From positions 1,792,001 through 1,856,000 of the forward strand of contig CBDESU010000001.1 of NCBI GenBank assembly GCA_965242695.1: a stretch of 64,000 bases of DNA. Direction: 5' to 3'. The translations under genes were made by a program, and so were the position numbers. The DNA is from Cenarchaeum sp. Its GTDB lineage: Archaea > Thermoproteota > Nitrososphaeria > Nitrososphaerales > Nitrosopumilaceae. The notes below the pieces were generated by a model, which worked only from the letters and a program-made list of their open reading frames with translations, made no database searches and was not told the DNA's origin. Shown one piece after another: positions 39,772 through 49,400 of this stretch (position 1 is its first letter; each line of letters opens with the position of its first letter).

Positions 39772-41697
39772 ATGACAGCACAGACACGAACCGAGACGAC
39801 GCAAGGCAAGACTAGCACTACCACAACGACAGACCGCAGAGCGCGAGCCGGCGCTGCCCGGCGCCGCGGCCCGGCGCGGGCCTCCGGCTGGATGCAGGGC
39901 GAGACTGTCGTCCTGCGGCACAGGCGGGCCTTCGGGCCTCGCCCTCGCGGGGGCTCTGGCACCCTAGCGATCGGGGCGGCCGCGGCGGCGGTCCTCGTGG
40001 CGGCATTTGCCGTCGGGGCAGTTTCCGCGTACGCAGAGGGGCCCGAACCGGGCGCCGACGCCATGATGGCCGCTGCCGCGTCGATGTCGGCCGCAGCCGG
40101 CGGCGGCGACGGCGGCGAGGCGCACCCCGCCGGCGACGCAGCCGCCCCCTACGCGACCGCATGCGGCCCCATGTACGGCGGGCCGCCCGCGGGCGCGGCC
40201 AGAGGGCCGAGCCCAGAAGAGGCCGCCAACATGACATCCACCATGGACGCGCTGTACGCAGAGTACGACGCCATACTGGCCGGGTACGGGTTCGAGTACA
40301 GGGAGCCGGCCAACCTGACTGGCGCGCAGATGGACAGCATCGAGGCCGAGATGAGCGCATCGGCGGCAAAGTACGACGGCACGCTCGACAAGGTCGCCAG
40401 CCTGACCGAGCGGTCGGACGGAGCCCTGCAGGGGCCTCCGTTCGCCTACTTTGGGCCGCAGGCCACGCTGATGGCCGTCTACCAGCTGATCGCCGCCGAG
40501 CACGACGACATCCTGCGCAAGCACGGCTTTGTCGTGAGCACGCCGCGGCTGTCCGATGCCGACGAGCGGCGCCTCGCCGAGAGGCTCGACGAGGTCATGG
40601 ACAGGATGGACCGGGTGTTCGAAGAGCACTGCATGGTCGAGCCGTCCGCGCCCTCCGGCGCAGACGGCGCAGACGGCGGCTTTGCCGGCCACGGGTACGG
40701 CGCGTTCAGCGTCTCGCCCTACGGCATCGCGCACGCAGCCGACAATCTGCACGCAGAGCACAGGGCCATACTGGCCGAGTACGGGTTCGAGTACCGGGAG
40801 CCGTCCAACCTGACAGATGCGCAGCTGGATCAGCTTGACGCCAGGATGGGGCGCCTGTTCGAGCGCCACACCGATGCGGCCGAGGACCTGGCAGGGCGGC
40901 TTGCCCCCCTGCTTGCAGACGGCAGCATTGCGGTGACCGACGCGTTCGCCAAGGACGAGCGGCTGGCCGATCTGGCCAACGCCGAGCACAACTCCATACT
41001 CGCAGAGTTCGGCTACGTCATCGTCGTTCCCGAACTGTCCTCCAAGGACAGGGCGGCAATGAATGAGCGGCTGGCCGACGTCTACGCCCGGATGGACGCC
41101 GCGTTCGACGCGGCGTACCCCGCATACGGCGCGGGCGCGGGCGGCGGCGAGGGTGGCGGCCAGGCCGCGACCCGCGCTGCCGACACCGACCCGATCGAGT
41201 CCCCCGCCCCGCTGCCCAGCAACGGCAGCGCCGCGGTGTACGATGCGTTCGACGAGGACGATCGGCGCGCCGCGCAGGCGGGCGCCGAGCACGCCGCGCC
41301 TGCGGGCGAGTACGACTACCTCACCGTCACACCCGAACCGTCTTCAGAAAACGGGACGGTCGTGAACGAGGGGCTAGCCGACATCTACGACAGGATCGAA
41401 GCGGCGCTCGACGAGTGGCATGCGGCAACGCAGAGCCCCGCCTACGGCGACGAAGGCGATGTGCCGTACGAGCAGCGCGCGGCAACGCAGAGCCCCGCCT
41501 ACGGCGACGAAGGCGGCGGCGGCGGCGATGCGCCACTCGAGGAGTGGTACATGGCAACGCAGAGCCCCGCCCACGGCGACGGCTACGAAGGCGACGATGC
41601 GACGTACGACGACAGCTACTCGGTAACATACAGCTCCACCTCTGACGACAGCGGCAACGGCGACGAAGCCGCCACCGCTGACAACCGGACCTCGTAA
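39772..41697 (+). CDS. Secreted or membrane-tethered acidic helical-repeat protein
   Basis: CTTATAT box upstream; hydrophobic signal ending SAYA; four AE(Y/H)xxILxx(Y/H/F)G(F/Y) repeats; ATQSPAYGD repeats. Confidence 0.78.
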   Translation: MTAQTRTETTQGKTSTTTTTDRRARAGAARRRGPARASGWMQGETVVLRHRRAFGPRPRGGSGTLAIGAAAAAVLVAAFAVGAVSAYAEGPEPGADAMMAAAASMSAAAGGGDGGEAHPAGDAAAPYATACGPMYGGPPAGAARGPSPEEAANMTSTMDALYAEYDAILAGYGFEYREPANLTGAQMDSIEAEMSASAAKYDGTLDKVASLTERSDGALQGPPFAYFGPQATLMAVYQLIAAEHDDILRKHGFVVSTPRLSDADERRLAERLDEVMDRMDRVFEEHCMVEPSAPSGADGADGGFAGHGYGAFSVSPYGIAHAADNLHAEHRAILAEYGFEYREPSNLTDAQLDQLDARMGRLFERHTDAAEDLAGRLAPLLADGSIAVTDAFAKDERLADLANAEHNSILAEFGYVIVVPELSSKDRAAMNERLADVYARMDAAFDAAYPAYGAGAGGGEGGGQAATRAADTDPIESPAPLPSNGSAAVYDAFDEDDRRAAQAGAEHAAPAGEYDYLTVTPEPSSENGTVVNEGLADIYDRIEAALDEWHAATQSPAYGDEGDVPYEQRAATQSPAYGDEGGGGGDAPLEEWYMATQSPAHGDGYEGDDATYDDSYSVTYSSTSDDSGNGDEAATADNRTS

Positions 41698-41888
41698 GGC
41701 GTGGTACCCGGCGGGCGCGAGCCCGCCACACCCCCTTTGTTTATTCCCCGCAACGCGGCTGCCCCGCGGATGCTGGGCGGGCGATCCCAGTTCGCCGGCG
41801 GGCGCGGCCGGCCGGGGCGGCGCGCGCTGCGGGGCGGGCCGGGAGGCAGCTGCAAACCGTTATGTAGGGGCGCCAGGGCGCCCGGCCG

Positions 41889-42188
41889 TTGGCCAAGAGG
41901 GTGCTGATCGACGAGGGGAAGAGCCAGATAGAGTCGAAGCATCACGACAAGATACACCGCGACTATGTAGAAGTGCTCCACATCGGGGGCGACGGAGCCC
42001 CCGCTGCGGGGAGCAGCGATGCGAAGATCGCGGACTTCTGCGAGGACAAGTGCTGCGACCTGCTGACGGGCGACAAGAGGGCGTACACAAAGCTGCTAGA
42101 GGTAGACCGCATCGAAGAGGTCCGCATCTCAAAGTACGTCGTCGACGGGGATTCGACCCAGCAGGTATACCGGATACGCATGCACTGA
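41889..42188 (+). CDS. PIN-like protein (DUF5615 / Mut7-C-type)
   Basis: RVLIDE...GSSDAKIADFC...LLTGDK; TTG start. Confidence 0.7.
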   Translation: MAKRVLIDEGKSQIESKHHDKIHRDYVEVLHIGGDGAPAAGSSDAKIADFCEDKCCDLLTGDKRAYTKLLEVDRIEEVRISKYVVDGDSTQQVYRIRMH

Positions 42189-42249
42189 GGAGGGGCGGGC
42201 CGCCGCGGCGGCGGCAGGCGCGGTAAAAAAAGAAGCATGGTGATGAGCG

Positions 42250-42603
42250 TCACTTGAACGACTCGATCTTCTTGATGATCTTCCGGTGGTCGTAGTCGGC
42301 CATGCACGTGATGTAGAACAGGTGCTTGGCCCCTGCCGGCATCACGAGGCGCTTGACCAGCTCGTACTCGGCCAGCGTGTACTTGCACTTGCCGAGCTTG
42401 CGGGCCAGCTCCTTGCGCTCCTTCATGTTGCGGGCCGAACGCACCAGGGACTTTTGGCTCTCCGACGGCGTGAGGGCGTTCTTGACGGCGGGGCTGCGCG
42501 CGCTGTAGATCAGCTCGCCCTTCATGTCGCAGATGGTGACCACACGAACCTTGTCGCTCATGCGGAGTATCTTCTTGACGGCGTCTTGTACCTCGACTTC
42601 CAT
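42250..42603 (-). CDS. Thaumarchaeal roadblock/profilin-like small protein
   Basis: KILRMSDKVRVVTICDMKG...LGKCKYTLAEYELVKRLVMP; paralog of 43244..43609. Confidence 0.8.
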   Translation of the reverse strand: MEVEVQDAVKKILRMSDKVRVVTICDMKGELIYSARSPAVKNALTPSESQKSLVRSARNMKERKELARKLGKCKYTLAEYELVKRLVMPAGAKHLFYITCMADYDHRKIIKKIESFK

Positions 42604-42718
42604 TGGGCTGTACGCCCTACCAATATGTGATAAAGGTTTCCTTGCCGCTCCGCGGGACGAGCGGGGCCCGAGGGCCGGCGGGCGGCGCCAGCGGCGGGCC
42701 GGGCGGCGGCATGCCCAC

Positions 42719-42898
42719 GGCGGCGGCATGCCTTCGGCCCGGCTCGGCAGCCCGCCCCGAGGGCCGATCGGCGGATGCTCCCGAAGGGCCCGAAGGGCCC
42801 GCCTTGGCGGGCCGGGCGGCGGCATGCCTTCGGCCCGGCTCGGCAGCCCGCCCCGGGGGCCGATCGGCGGATGCCCCCGAAGGGCCCGAAGGCCCGCC
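42719..42898. repeat. Two ~96-bp direct repeats with internal inverted ends
   Basis: GGCGGCGGCATGCCTTCGGCCC...GGGCCCGAAGG at 42719 and 42815. Confidence 0.8.
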
Positions 42899-43088
42899 CG
42901 CGGCCGGCCCCGCCCGGCGGGGCATGCGGGGCGGGGAGGGCGGCAGGAGCAGGGGTGGGCGGCGCGGGGCGCCAGGGCGGGCAGGGGCCAGCGTCCGGCG
43001 GCCAGCGGGCCTAGCTCAAAAAAACAGACCCGTGGGTCGCATAAAGCTAACCGACAGATCTATAAACCACCGTGTCGGGCGCCCGGCG

Positions 43089-43211
43089 ATGGCCGCAGGC
43101 GGCGTCGAGTGGTGGAAGGGCCTGGCGCAAGAGCTCCAGGACGACATCGAGGTCGATGCCGCGCCCGGCGGCGGCGCCGGGGCCGGCGGCCGCGTCGGGC
43201 CTGAGGCCTGA
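43089..43211 (+). CDS. Putative 40-aa peptide
   Basis: TATAAA at 43061 about 25 bp upstream of ATG; EWWKGLAQELQDDIEV. Confidence 0.5.
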   Translation: MAAGGVEWWKGLAQELQDDIEVDAAPGGGAGAGGRVGPEA

Positions 43212-43243
43212 AAGTATATCTGCAAGCCCGTCCCCGCTTGGGC

Positions 43244-43609
43244 ATGGACCACAAGCACCTCTTGGAGAAGATCATGGGGCTCGACGAGAACCTCAGGTTC
43301 GGCACGATCTGCGACATGGACGCAAGGCCCGTCGCGACCGTCAGGAAGGAGGGCGTCGAGACGTTCCTGTCGCCCGAGGACACGCAGGACACGCTCGAGC
43401 ATGCCGTCGCCGCATGGAAGTCGAGGATGAAGCACTACGACAAGATCGGCACCGGGCTGTACACCATGGCGGTCTACGAGAAGCTCAGGCGCGTGACGTT
43501 CCCGCTCAGGGACGGCCACATGTTGCTCGTGACGATCGACAACATGGGCGGCATGCAGATAGTCAGCCGCATACTCAACGAGCTGTACGGCGACTACACG
43601 ATGGAGTAG
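43244..43609 (+). CDS. Thaumarchaeal roadblock/profilin-like small protein
   Basis: KIMGLDENLRFGTICDMD...IGTGLYTMAVYEKLRRVTFPL; AAGTATAT upstream. Confidence 0.8.
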   Translation: MDHKHLLEKIMGLDENLRFGTICDMDARPVATVRKEGVETFLSPEDTQDTLEHAVAAWKSRMKHYDKIGTGLYTMAVYEKLRRVTFPLRDGHMLLVTIDNMGGMQIVSRILNELYGDYTME

Positions 43610-43658
43610 GGGCCCGCCGGCGCCCCTGCCCACTCCCCCCATTTTCGGCCGCGCCGCG

Positions 43659-44579
43659 TCAGAGCGCCGCGCGGAACATGTCGACTAGGTTGCGGTCCCT
43701 CATGAACGACGGGTCGAGCCCCTCGAGGTTTACCTTGCGCGAGACCCGGCGCATCGCGAGCAGTCCGAGGCGGAATAGCAGCACCCACAGGTAGCTCTGC
43801 GGGCGGCTCCTGTACGCGCGCAGGAGCAGCGAGAACAGCCGCCTCGCGCGCGGGTACACCTCGGATACGTACCGGTCGATGTACTCGGCCGAGTTGTCGA
43901 CCTTGTACGCAAAGTGCTCGATCGTCTCGCGCGCCGTGGCGTACCCCGTCGACGACACGGACACCCTCCCGTGCCGGAGCGCGTGCAGCACGTCGTCGGC
44001 CGTGGCCTCGGCCTCTATGACGTTCGTGCACCTGCCGAGCGTCGAGAGGACGTGCGAGTCGCTGCCGGCCACCCCCGTCATGCCCCTCTCGGCGGCGAAC
44101 GCGGCGGCCCTGGCGTTGGCCACCACGTCTACGTTGTTGCTGTTGAACACCTCTACAAGGTCGCACGAGGCGGCCTTTTCGCGCAGCGCATCGAGCAGCG
44201 AGAACGGGTGGGGCGCAGACGAGACCGCATCCTGGCGGCGTATCTCGTCGAGCGTCTCGTCAAAGGGCAGGCCGGGGCGCACCTCCTCGCGGACGCCGTA
44301 CGCGATGACATGGGCCCCCTCGGCCGTAGTGATCTCCTCGGCCGGCAGGACGGCCAGGCCGGCGTAGCGCGGGTGGTCGGCCTGGAACTCGGCCATGCGC
44401 GAGTAGCCGTCGAGCGTGTTGTGGTTGGTGACGAACAGGCAGTCGAGGCCGAGGTCGAGCGACCTGCGCAGCTGCTCCGGGATCGTCACGCCGCAGTCGT
44501 ACGGCGTGTCGTTGCCGACATGGTGGAAGTTGGAGTGCACGTTGTGGCAGTGCATCTCGGCCCTGAGCGGGGACCCCAT
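43659..44579 (-). CDS. PHP-family metal-dependent phosphoesterase
   Basis: EMHCH, VTNHN, AEEI, HVIAYG, APHPF, AGSDSH. Confidence 0.9.
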   Translation of the reverse strand: MGSPLRAEMHCHNVHSNFHHVGNDTPYDCGVTIPEQLRRSLDLGLDCLFVTNHNTLDGYSRMAEFQADHPRYAGLAVLPAEEITTAEGAHVIAYGVREEVRPGLPFDETLDEIRRQDAVSSAPHPFSLLDALREKAASCDLVEVFNSNNVDVVANARAAAFAAERGMTGVAGSDSHVLSTLGRCTNVIEAEATADDVLHALRHGRVSVSSTGYATARETIEHFAYKVDNSAEYIDRYVSEVYPRARRLFSLLLRAYRSRPQSYLWVLLFRLGLLAMRRVSRKVNLEGLDPSFMRDRNLVDMFRAAL

Positions 44580-44841
44580 GCGCGGCGCGCCGCGCGCGAG
44601 CTCTGTTATCTGTTGCGCATGCGGGTGGGGGGCGCCCGTTGTACAAAAGGCAGCGGCCCTTCCGTCCGCGCCTGCGCCGCGCCGCAGGGATCGCCTGGAG
44701 GGGCGCCGCCTTTTGCTCAGGCAAGGCACCCGCGCTGGGGGGGGGCAGGGGCGCAGGGGCGAGCGAGGGGCCGCGGTGGCGCGGGCGGCCGGTGGCCGAG
44801 ACGGGGGCACGGGGGAGGGGCGACGCTCTGCCAGGAACCGC

Positions 44842-45642
44842 CTACCGGAACATGTCCTCGGCGGCGGGGCGCACAAGGGCGGCCGCGCCGTCCCCCGACG
44901 GGCGCCCCTCGCCCGGGCCGACAAGCCCGCGCATGCCGCGGCGCCGCACGACGGCCGCGGGCACCGATGCGGCCTTGCCCTTGACGAGCTCGGCCGCTGC
45001 GCACAGCTCGTCGGCCACCGCGATGGCGGTCACGCGCAGGCCTCGCCCCGACGCGTCGGCGCATCCGGCGTGGTCCCGCACGACGCCGATGCCCGCGGCC
45101 CCGACGGCGCAGTCCGTCTGCCCGATGCGGAACGGCCGCCCGAACGTGTCCGATATTACGACGGCCACGTCGCATCCAGACATCTCGGAGATGCGGCCGC
45201 GCAGCCGCCGGGCCGACCCGTCTGGATCCTCGGGCAGTAGGACGGCGTGGCCGTCGGGCGCGTTGCTCTCGTCGACGCCCGAGTTGGCGCACACCAGCCC
45301 GCCGCGCGTCTCGGTTATGATCGCGCCGCCGGCGCCGCCCATGCGGACTATGCGCCGCGCCTCGGACAGCACGAGCTCGACGACCCTCGGATCCTTGCCG
45401 TACGCCGAGGCCAGGCCGGCGGCCAGCTCGGACGGGGCGACCGACGAGAGGGGCACCGCGCGCCCCTCCTCCTTCGAGACGGCCTTGTGCGAGACGACGA
45501 TCACGTCGCCGTCGGCCAGGGGCGGGCATGCGGACGCGATCATCGCGGCCAGGTCGTCGCCGGGCGCAATCTCGCCGAGGCGCACGGGCGCGACCTCTAG
45601 CGCGCCCGACGGCAGATGCCCGCCCCCCCCTTCCGCGGTCAT
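44842..45642 (-). CDS. cofE: Coenzyme F420-0:L-glutamate ligase
   Basis: GDVIVVSHKAVSKEEG, CANSGVDESN, LLPEDPD, ISDTFGRPFR; ATGA overlap with serB. Confidence 0.93.
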   Translation of the reverse strand: MTAEGGGGHLPSGALEVAPVRLGEIAPGDDLAAMIASACPPLADGDVIVVSHKAVSKEEGRAVPLSSVAPSELAAGLASAYGKDPRVVELVLSEARRIVRMGGAGGAIITETRGGLVCANSGVDESNAPDGHAVLLPEDPDGSARRLRGRISEMSGCDVAVVISDTFGRPFRIGQTDCAVGAAGIGVVRDHAGCADASGRGLRVTAIAVADELCAAAELVKGKAASVPAAVVRRRGMRGLVGPGEGRPSGDGAAALVRPAAEDMFR

Positions 45643-46289
45643 GCCGCCCCAGGGTCCCCGAGGCGCATGCCGTAGTGCCTGCCGATGATGCCGAGTATCT
45701 TTGAGAGATCCTTTTCGTCGAGTATCTCGTCGGCCATGTCCTTTACGCGGTCCTGCGCGCGGAACGCGATCCCCAGGCCGCAGATGTCGAACAGCTTCAG
45801 GTCGTTGGCCCCGTCGACGACTACGGCAATCTCCTCCCTTTGCTGCCCCCACTCGGTGATCTTCGACATGGCCGGCAGGGCCTTGTCGGCGCCGACGCTG
45901 ACCCGCACGCCGTCGAGCAGGCCGTCGCGGAAGAGCAGCTCGTTCGAGAAGACGTGGTCTAGCCCGAGCGCATCGCGCAGGCGGTCCGTCATTATCGTAA
46001 AGCCGCCCGAGACGGCCATGGTCCGAAAGCCGGCCGCCTTTAGGGCGCGGCACGCCTCCTCCGCGCCCGTCATAATCGGCAGGTCGTCGGCGACGCGGCG
46101 GCACGTGTCGTAGTCGATGCCGCGGAGGGCATCGACCCTCGTGCGCAGCCCCTCCTCCCAGTCTATGAGGCCCTGTATGCCCTTGCGCGTAATGTCCCAG
46201 ATCTCTTTTTCCTTTCCGAGCTTTTCTGCTAGCAGCGGCAGGTACTCGGCGTCGAACAGGACGCCCTCGACGTCGAAAATGACGAGCAA
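45639..46289 (-). CDS. serB: Phosphoserine phosphatase (HAD family)
   Basis: FDVEGVL, VSGGF, DGANDL, GLGIAF. Confidence 0.85.
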   Translation of the reverse strand: MLVIFDVEGVLFDAEYLPLLAEKLGKEKEIWDITRKGIQGLIDWEEGLRTRVDALRGIDYDTCRRVADDLPIMTGAEEACRALKAAGFRTMAVSGGFTIMTDRLRDALGLDHVFSNELLFRDGLLDGVRVSVGADKALPAMSKITEWGQQREEIAVVVDGANDLKLFDICGLGIAFRAQDRVKDMADEILDEKDLSKILGIIGRHYGMRLGDPGAA

Positions 46290-46470
46290 CTTTGTGCGCG
46301 CGGCCGGCCGTAATTATTTTAACGTTGGGCACATGCGGCCCCGCGGCGGCGGCGCAGGGGCGGGCCTGGGAGGGGCGGGTCGGCAGGGCGGCTGCGGCGC
46401 AGGCGGCCGCGGGCAAGAGGGCCCCGTCAAACATAGGTAGTGTTAAATCGGCCGCGGGGGGCGGCGCGGC

Positions 46471-49400
46471 GTGGACGGCTACGTGCCAGATGCGGGCGAT
46501 GCCGAGCCCGGCTCCCAGGTGCGCGGAGGCGACGGGTCCCGCACGGACGGCGGCGGAGGCGACGGGTCCCGCACGGACGGCGGCGGAGGCGACGGGTCCC
46601 GCACGGACGGCGGCGGAGGCGACGGGTCCCGCACGGACGGCGGCGGAGGCGACGGGTCCCGCACGGACGGCGGCGGAGGCGACGGGGTCGTAGCGGCGGC
46701 AGTAGAGGCATCCATGGCGGCCGTAATCGGGCCCGGCGAGGAGGGTGCGGAGGGAGACGCGCCGCCGCCCCTGTCCGAGTCGGCCGCTGCCGCGGCGGCG
46801 GCCGCCGCGGCGGCGTCGATGCAGCCGGCCGGCATCGATGACGACGGCCACGAGACCCTCGCCGCCCCGAGCGTGCCCGGCTCTCCACCCGTTCCGACCG
46901 ACGGCGAGTTGCAGTACCGGTACGAGGTAAAGGTCCACACGTCGGACAAGCGGCTGAAGATACCAGAGTCGGTAAAGGCCGACCTGAGGGAGTCTGAGAT
47001 GATGGACAAGGACGGCAAGATCAAGGTCAAGGGTGTAAGCCCGAGGATGCTCAAGAGGATGAAGCGCGAGTACGTGAACTGCCCGATCCTCGGCGACGGC
47101 GTCCACTTCATCAGGTGCTTTGTGTGCAAGAACTTTCAGAGCAGGGTGAGCGGAATGGTGCTCTGCGAGGGCGTCGAGTCGAAGGCCGGCCGCTGGGAGC
47201 CCGACGCAAAGCCGCCCGAGTCCGAGCGGAAGGATCGCGGCGAAGGGGGAGCCGCGGAACCGCCTGGCGGAGAGGGCGGGGACGATGCCAAGGGTCCGGC
47301 GCCGCCCGGCAGGATGGAAGAGGCCGACAGGGCCGCAAGGGCCGCGGTCGAGAGGGCCGAGGCGGCCGAGCGCAAGGCCGCGGCCAGGGCCGAGGCGGCC
47401 GAGCGCAAGGCCGCGGCCAGGGCCGAGGCGGCCGAGCGCAAGGCCGCGGCCAGGGCCGAGGCGGCCGAGCGCAAGGCCGCGGCCAGGGCCGAGGCGGCCG
47501 ACAGGGCCGCAAGGGCCGCGGTCGAGAGGGCCGAGGCGGCCGAGCGCAAGGCCGCGGCCAGGGCCGAGGCGGCCGAGCGCAAGGCCGCGGCCAGGGCCGA
47601 GGCGGCCGAGCGCAAGGCCGCGGCCAGGGCCGAGGCGGCCGACAGGGCCGCATCGGCGAGGATTGCCGCGTCCGAGAAGAGGGCCAGGGATGCAGACGAC
47701 AAGCGCGCCGCGTCCGAGAAGAGGGCCAGGGATGCAGACGACAAGCGCGCCGCGTCCGAGAAGAGGGCCAGGGATGCAGACGACAAGCGCGCCGCGTCCG
47801 AGAAGAGGGCAAAGGAGGCCGTGTCGGGGGCAGATGCCGCATCCAGGGAGGCCGGCGCCAGGGAGGCCGCTGCCAAAGAGTCGCTTGAAAGGGCCGAAGG
47901 GCTGGAAAGGAGCGCCGCAGAGAGGGCGGCGGTGGCAGAGGAGCGCCTTGAAAAGGCCGTCTCGGCCGAGTCGACGGCCGAGGACGTGATCAACAAGGCG
48001 GGCGAGAGGGCCGAGGAGGCGAAAAGCATCGCGAGTGCCGCGATAGACAGGGCGGCCGAGTCGAACAGGATGGCAGAGGAGGCGCTCACCAGGGCGGCCG
48101 AGTCCGAGAGGGTCGCCAAGGCGGCCGAGGCGAGGGCGGCCGAGTCGGACAGGATGGCAGAGGATCGCACGGCGGCTGCCGAGAAGGTCGCCAAGGCGGC
48201 AGTCCAGAAGGCGGCGATGGACGAGAGCCGCGCTGTGGGCAGAAAGACGGCGGCCGAAAAGGCCGCCAAGGCCTCCGAGGCCAGGGCGGCAAAGGCGGCC
48301 AATGCGGCAAAGGCCGCGGAGGCAAAGGCGGCAAAGGCGGCCGAGGGCGCCAAGGCGTCGGCGGCAAGGGAGAGGGCCGCAAAGGCCGCGGAGGCAAAGG
48401 CGGCAAAGGCGCTGGCCGCCAAGGAGAGGGCCGCAAAGGCCGCGGAGGCAAAGGCGGCAAAGGCGCTGGCCGCCAAGGAGAGGGCCGCAAAGGCCGCGGA
48501 GGCAAAGGCGGCAAAGGCGCTGGCCGCCAAGGAGAGGGCCGCAAAGGCCGCGGAGGCAAAGGCGGCAAAGGCGCTGGCCGCCAAGGAGAGGGCCGCAAAG
48601 GCCGCGGAGGCAAAGGCCGAAAGGTCCACAAGGGCCGCGGAGGCAAAGGCGGCAAAGGCGGCCGAGGCTACAAGGGCCGCGGAGGCAAAGGCGGCAAAGG
48701 CGGCCGAGGGCGCCAAGGCGTCGGCGGCAAGGGAGAGGGCCGCAAAGGCCGCGGAGGCAAAGGCGGCAAAGGCGCTGGCCGCCAAGGAGAGGGCCGCAAA
48801 GGCCGCGGAGGCAAAGGCGGCAAAGGCGCTGGCCGCCAAGGAGAGGGCCGCAAAGGCCGCGGAGGCAAAGGCGGCAAAGGCGCTGGCCGCCAAGGAGAGG
48901 GCCGCAAAGGCCGCGGAGGCAAAGGCCGAAAGGTCCACAAGGGCCGCGGAGGCAAAGGCGGCAAAGGCGGCCGAGGCTACAAGGGCCGCGGAGGCAAAGG
49001 CGGCAAAGGCGGCCGAGGGCGCCAAGGCGTCGGTGGCAAATGAGAGGGCCGCAAAGGCCGCGGAGGCAAAGGCGGCAAAGGCGCTGGCCGCCAAGGAGAG
49101 GGCCGCAAAGGCCGCGGAGGCAAAGGCGGCAAAGGCGCTGGCCGCCAAGGAGAGGGCCGCAAAGGCCGCGGAGGCAAAGGCGGCAGGAGTATCCAAGGCG
49201 ACAAGGGTCAAGAAGACGGCGGCGGATCGTGCGGGCGCCGCAGAGGCTGAAGATGCGGCCGGCGGCGGGACCAAGCCGGCTCGGCAGGCCCAGGCTACCG
49301 GGAGCAGGCGCCGGCCAAGGCAGAGGGCGGCGGTTCGCGCAGGGGCCGAGGAGTCGGCGGCCGGGCAGCAGCAGGCGGCGGAAGGCGGCGAGCCGGCCGC

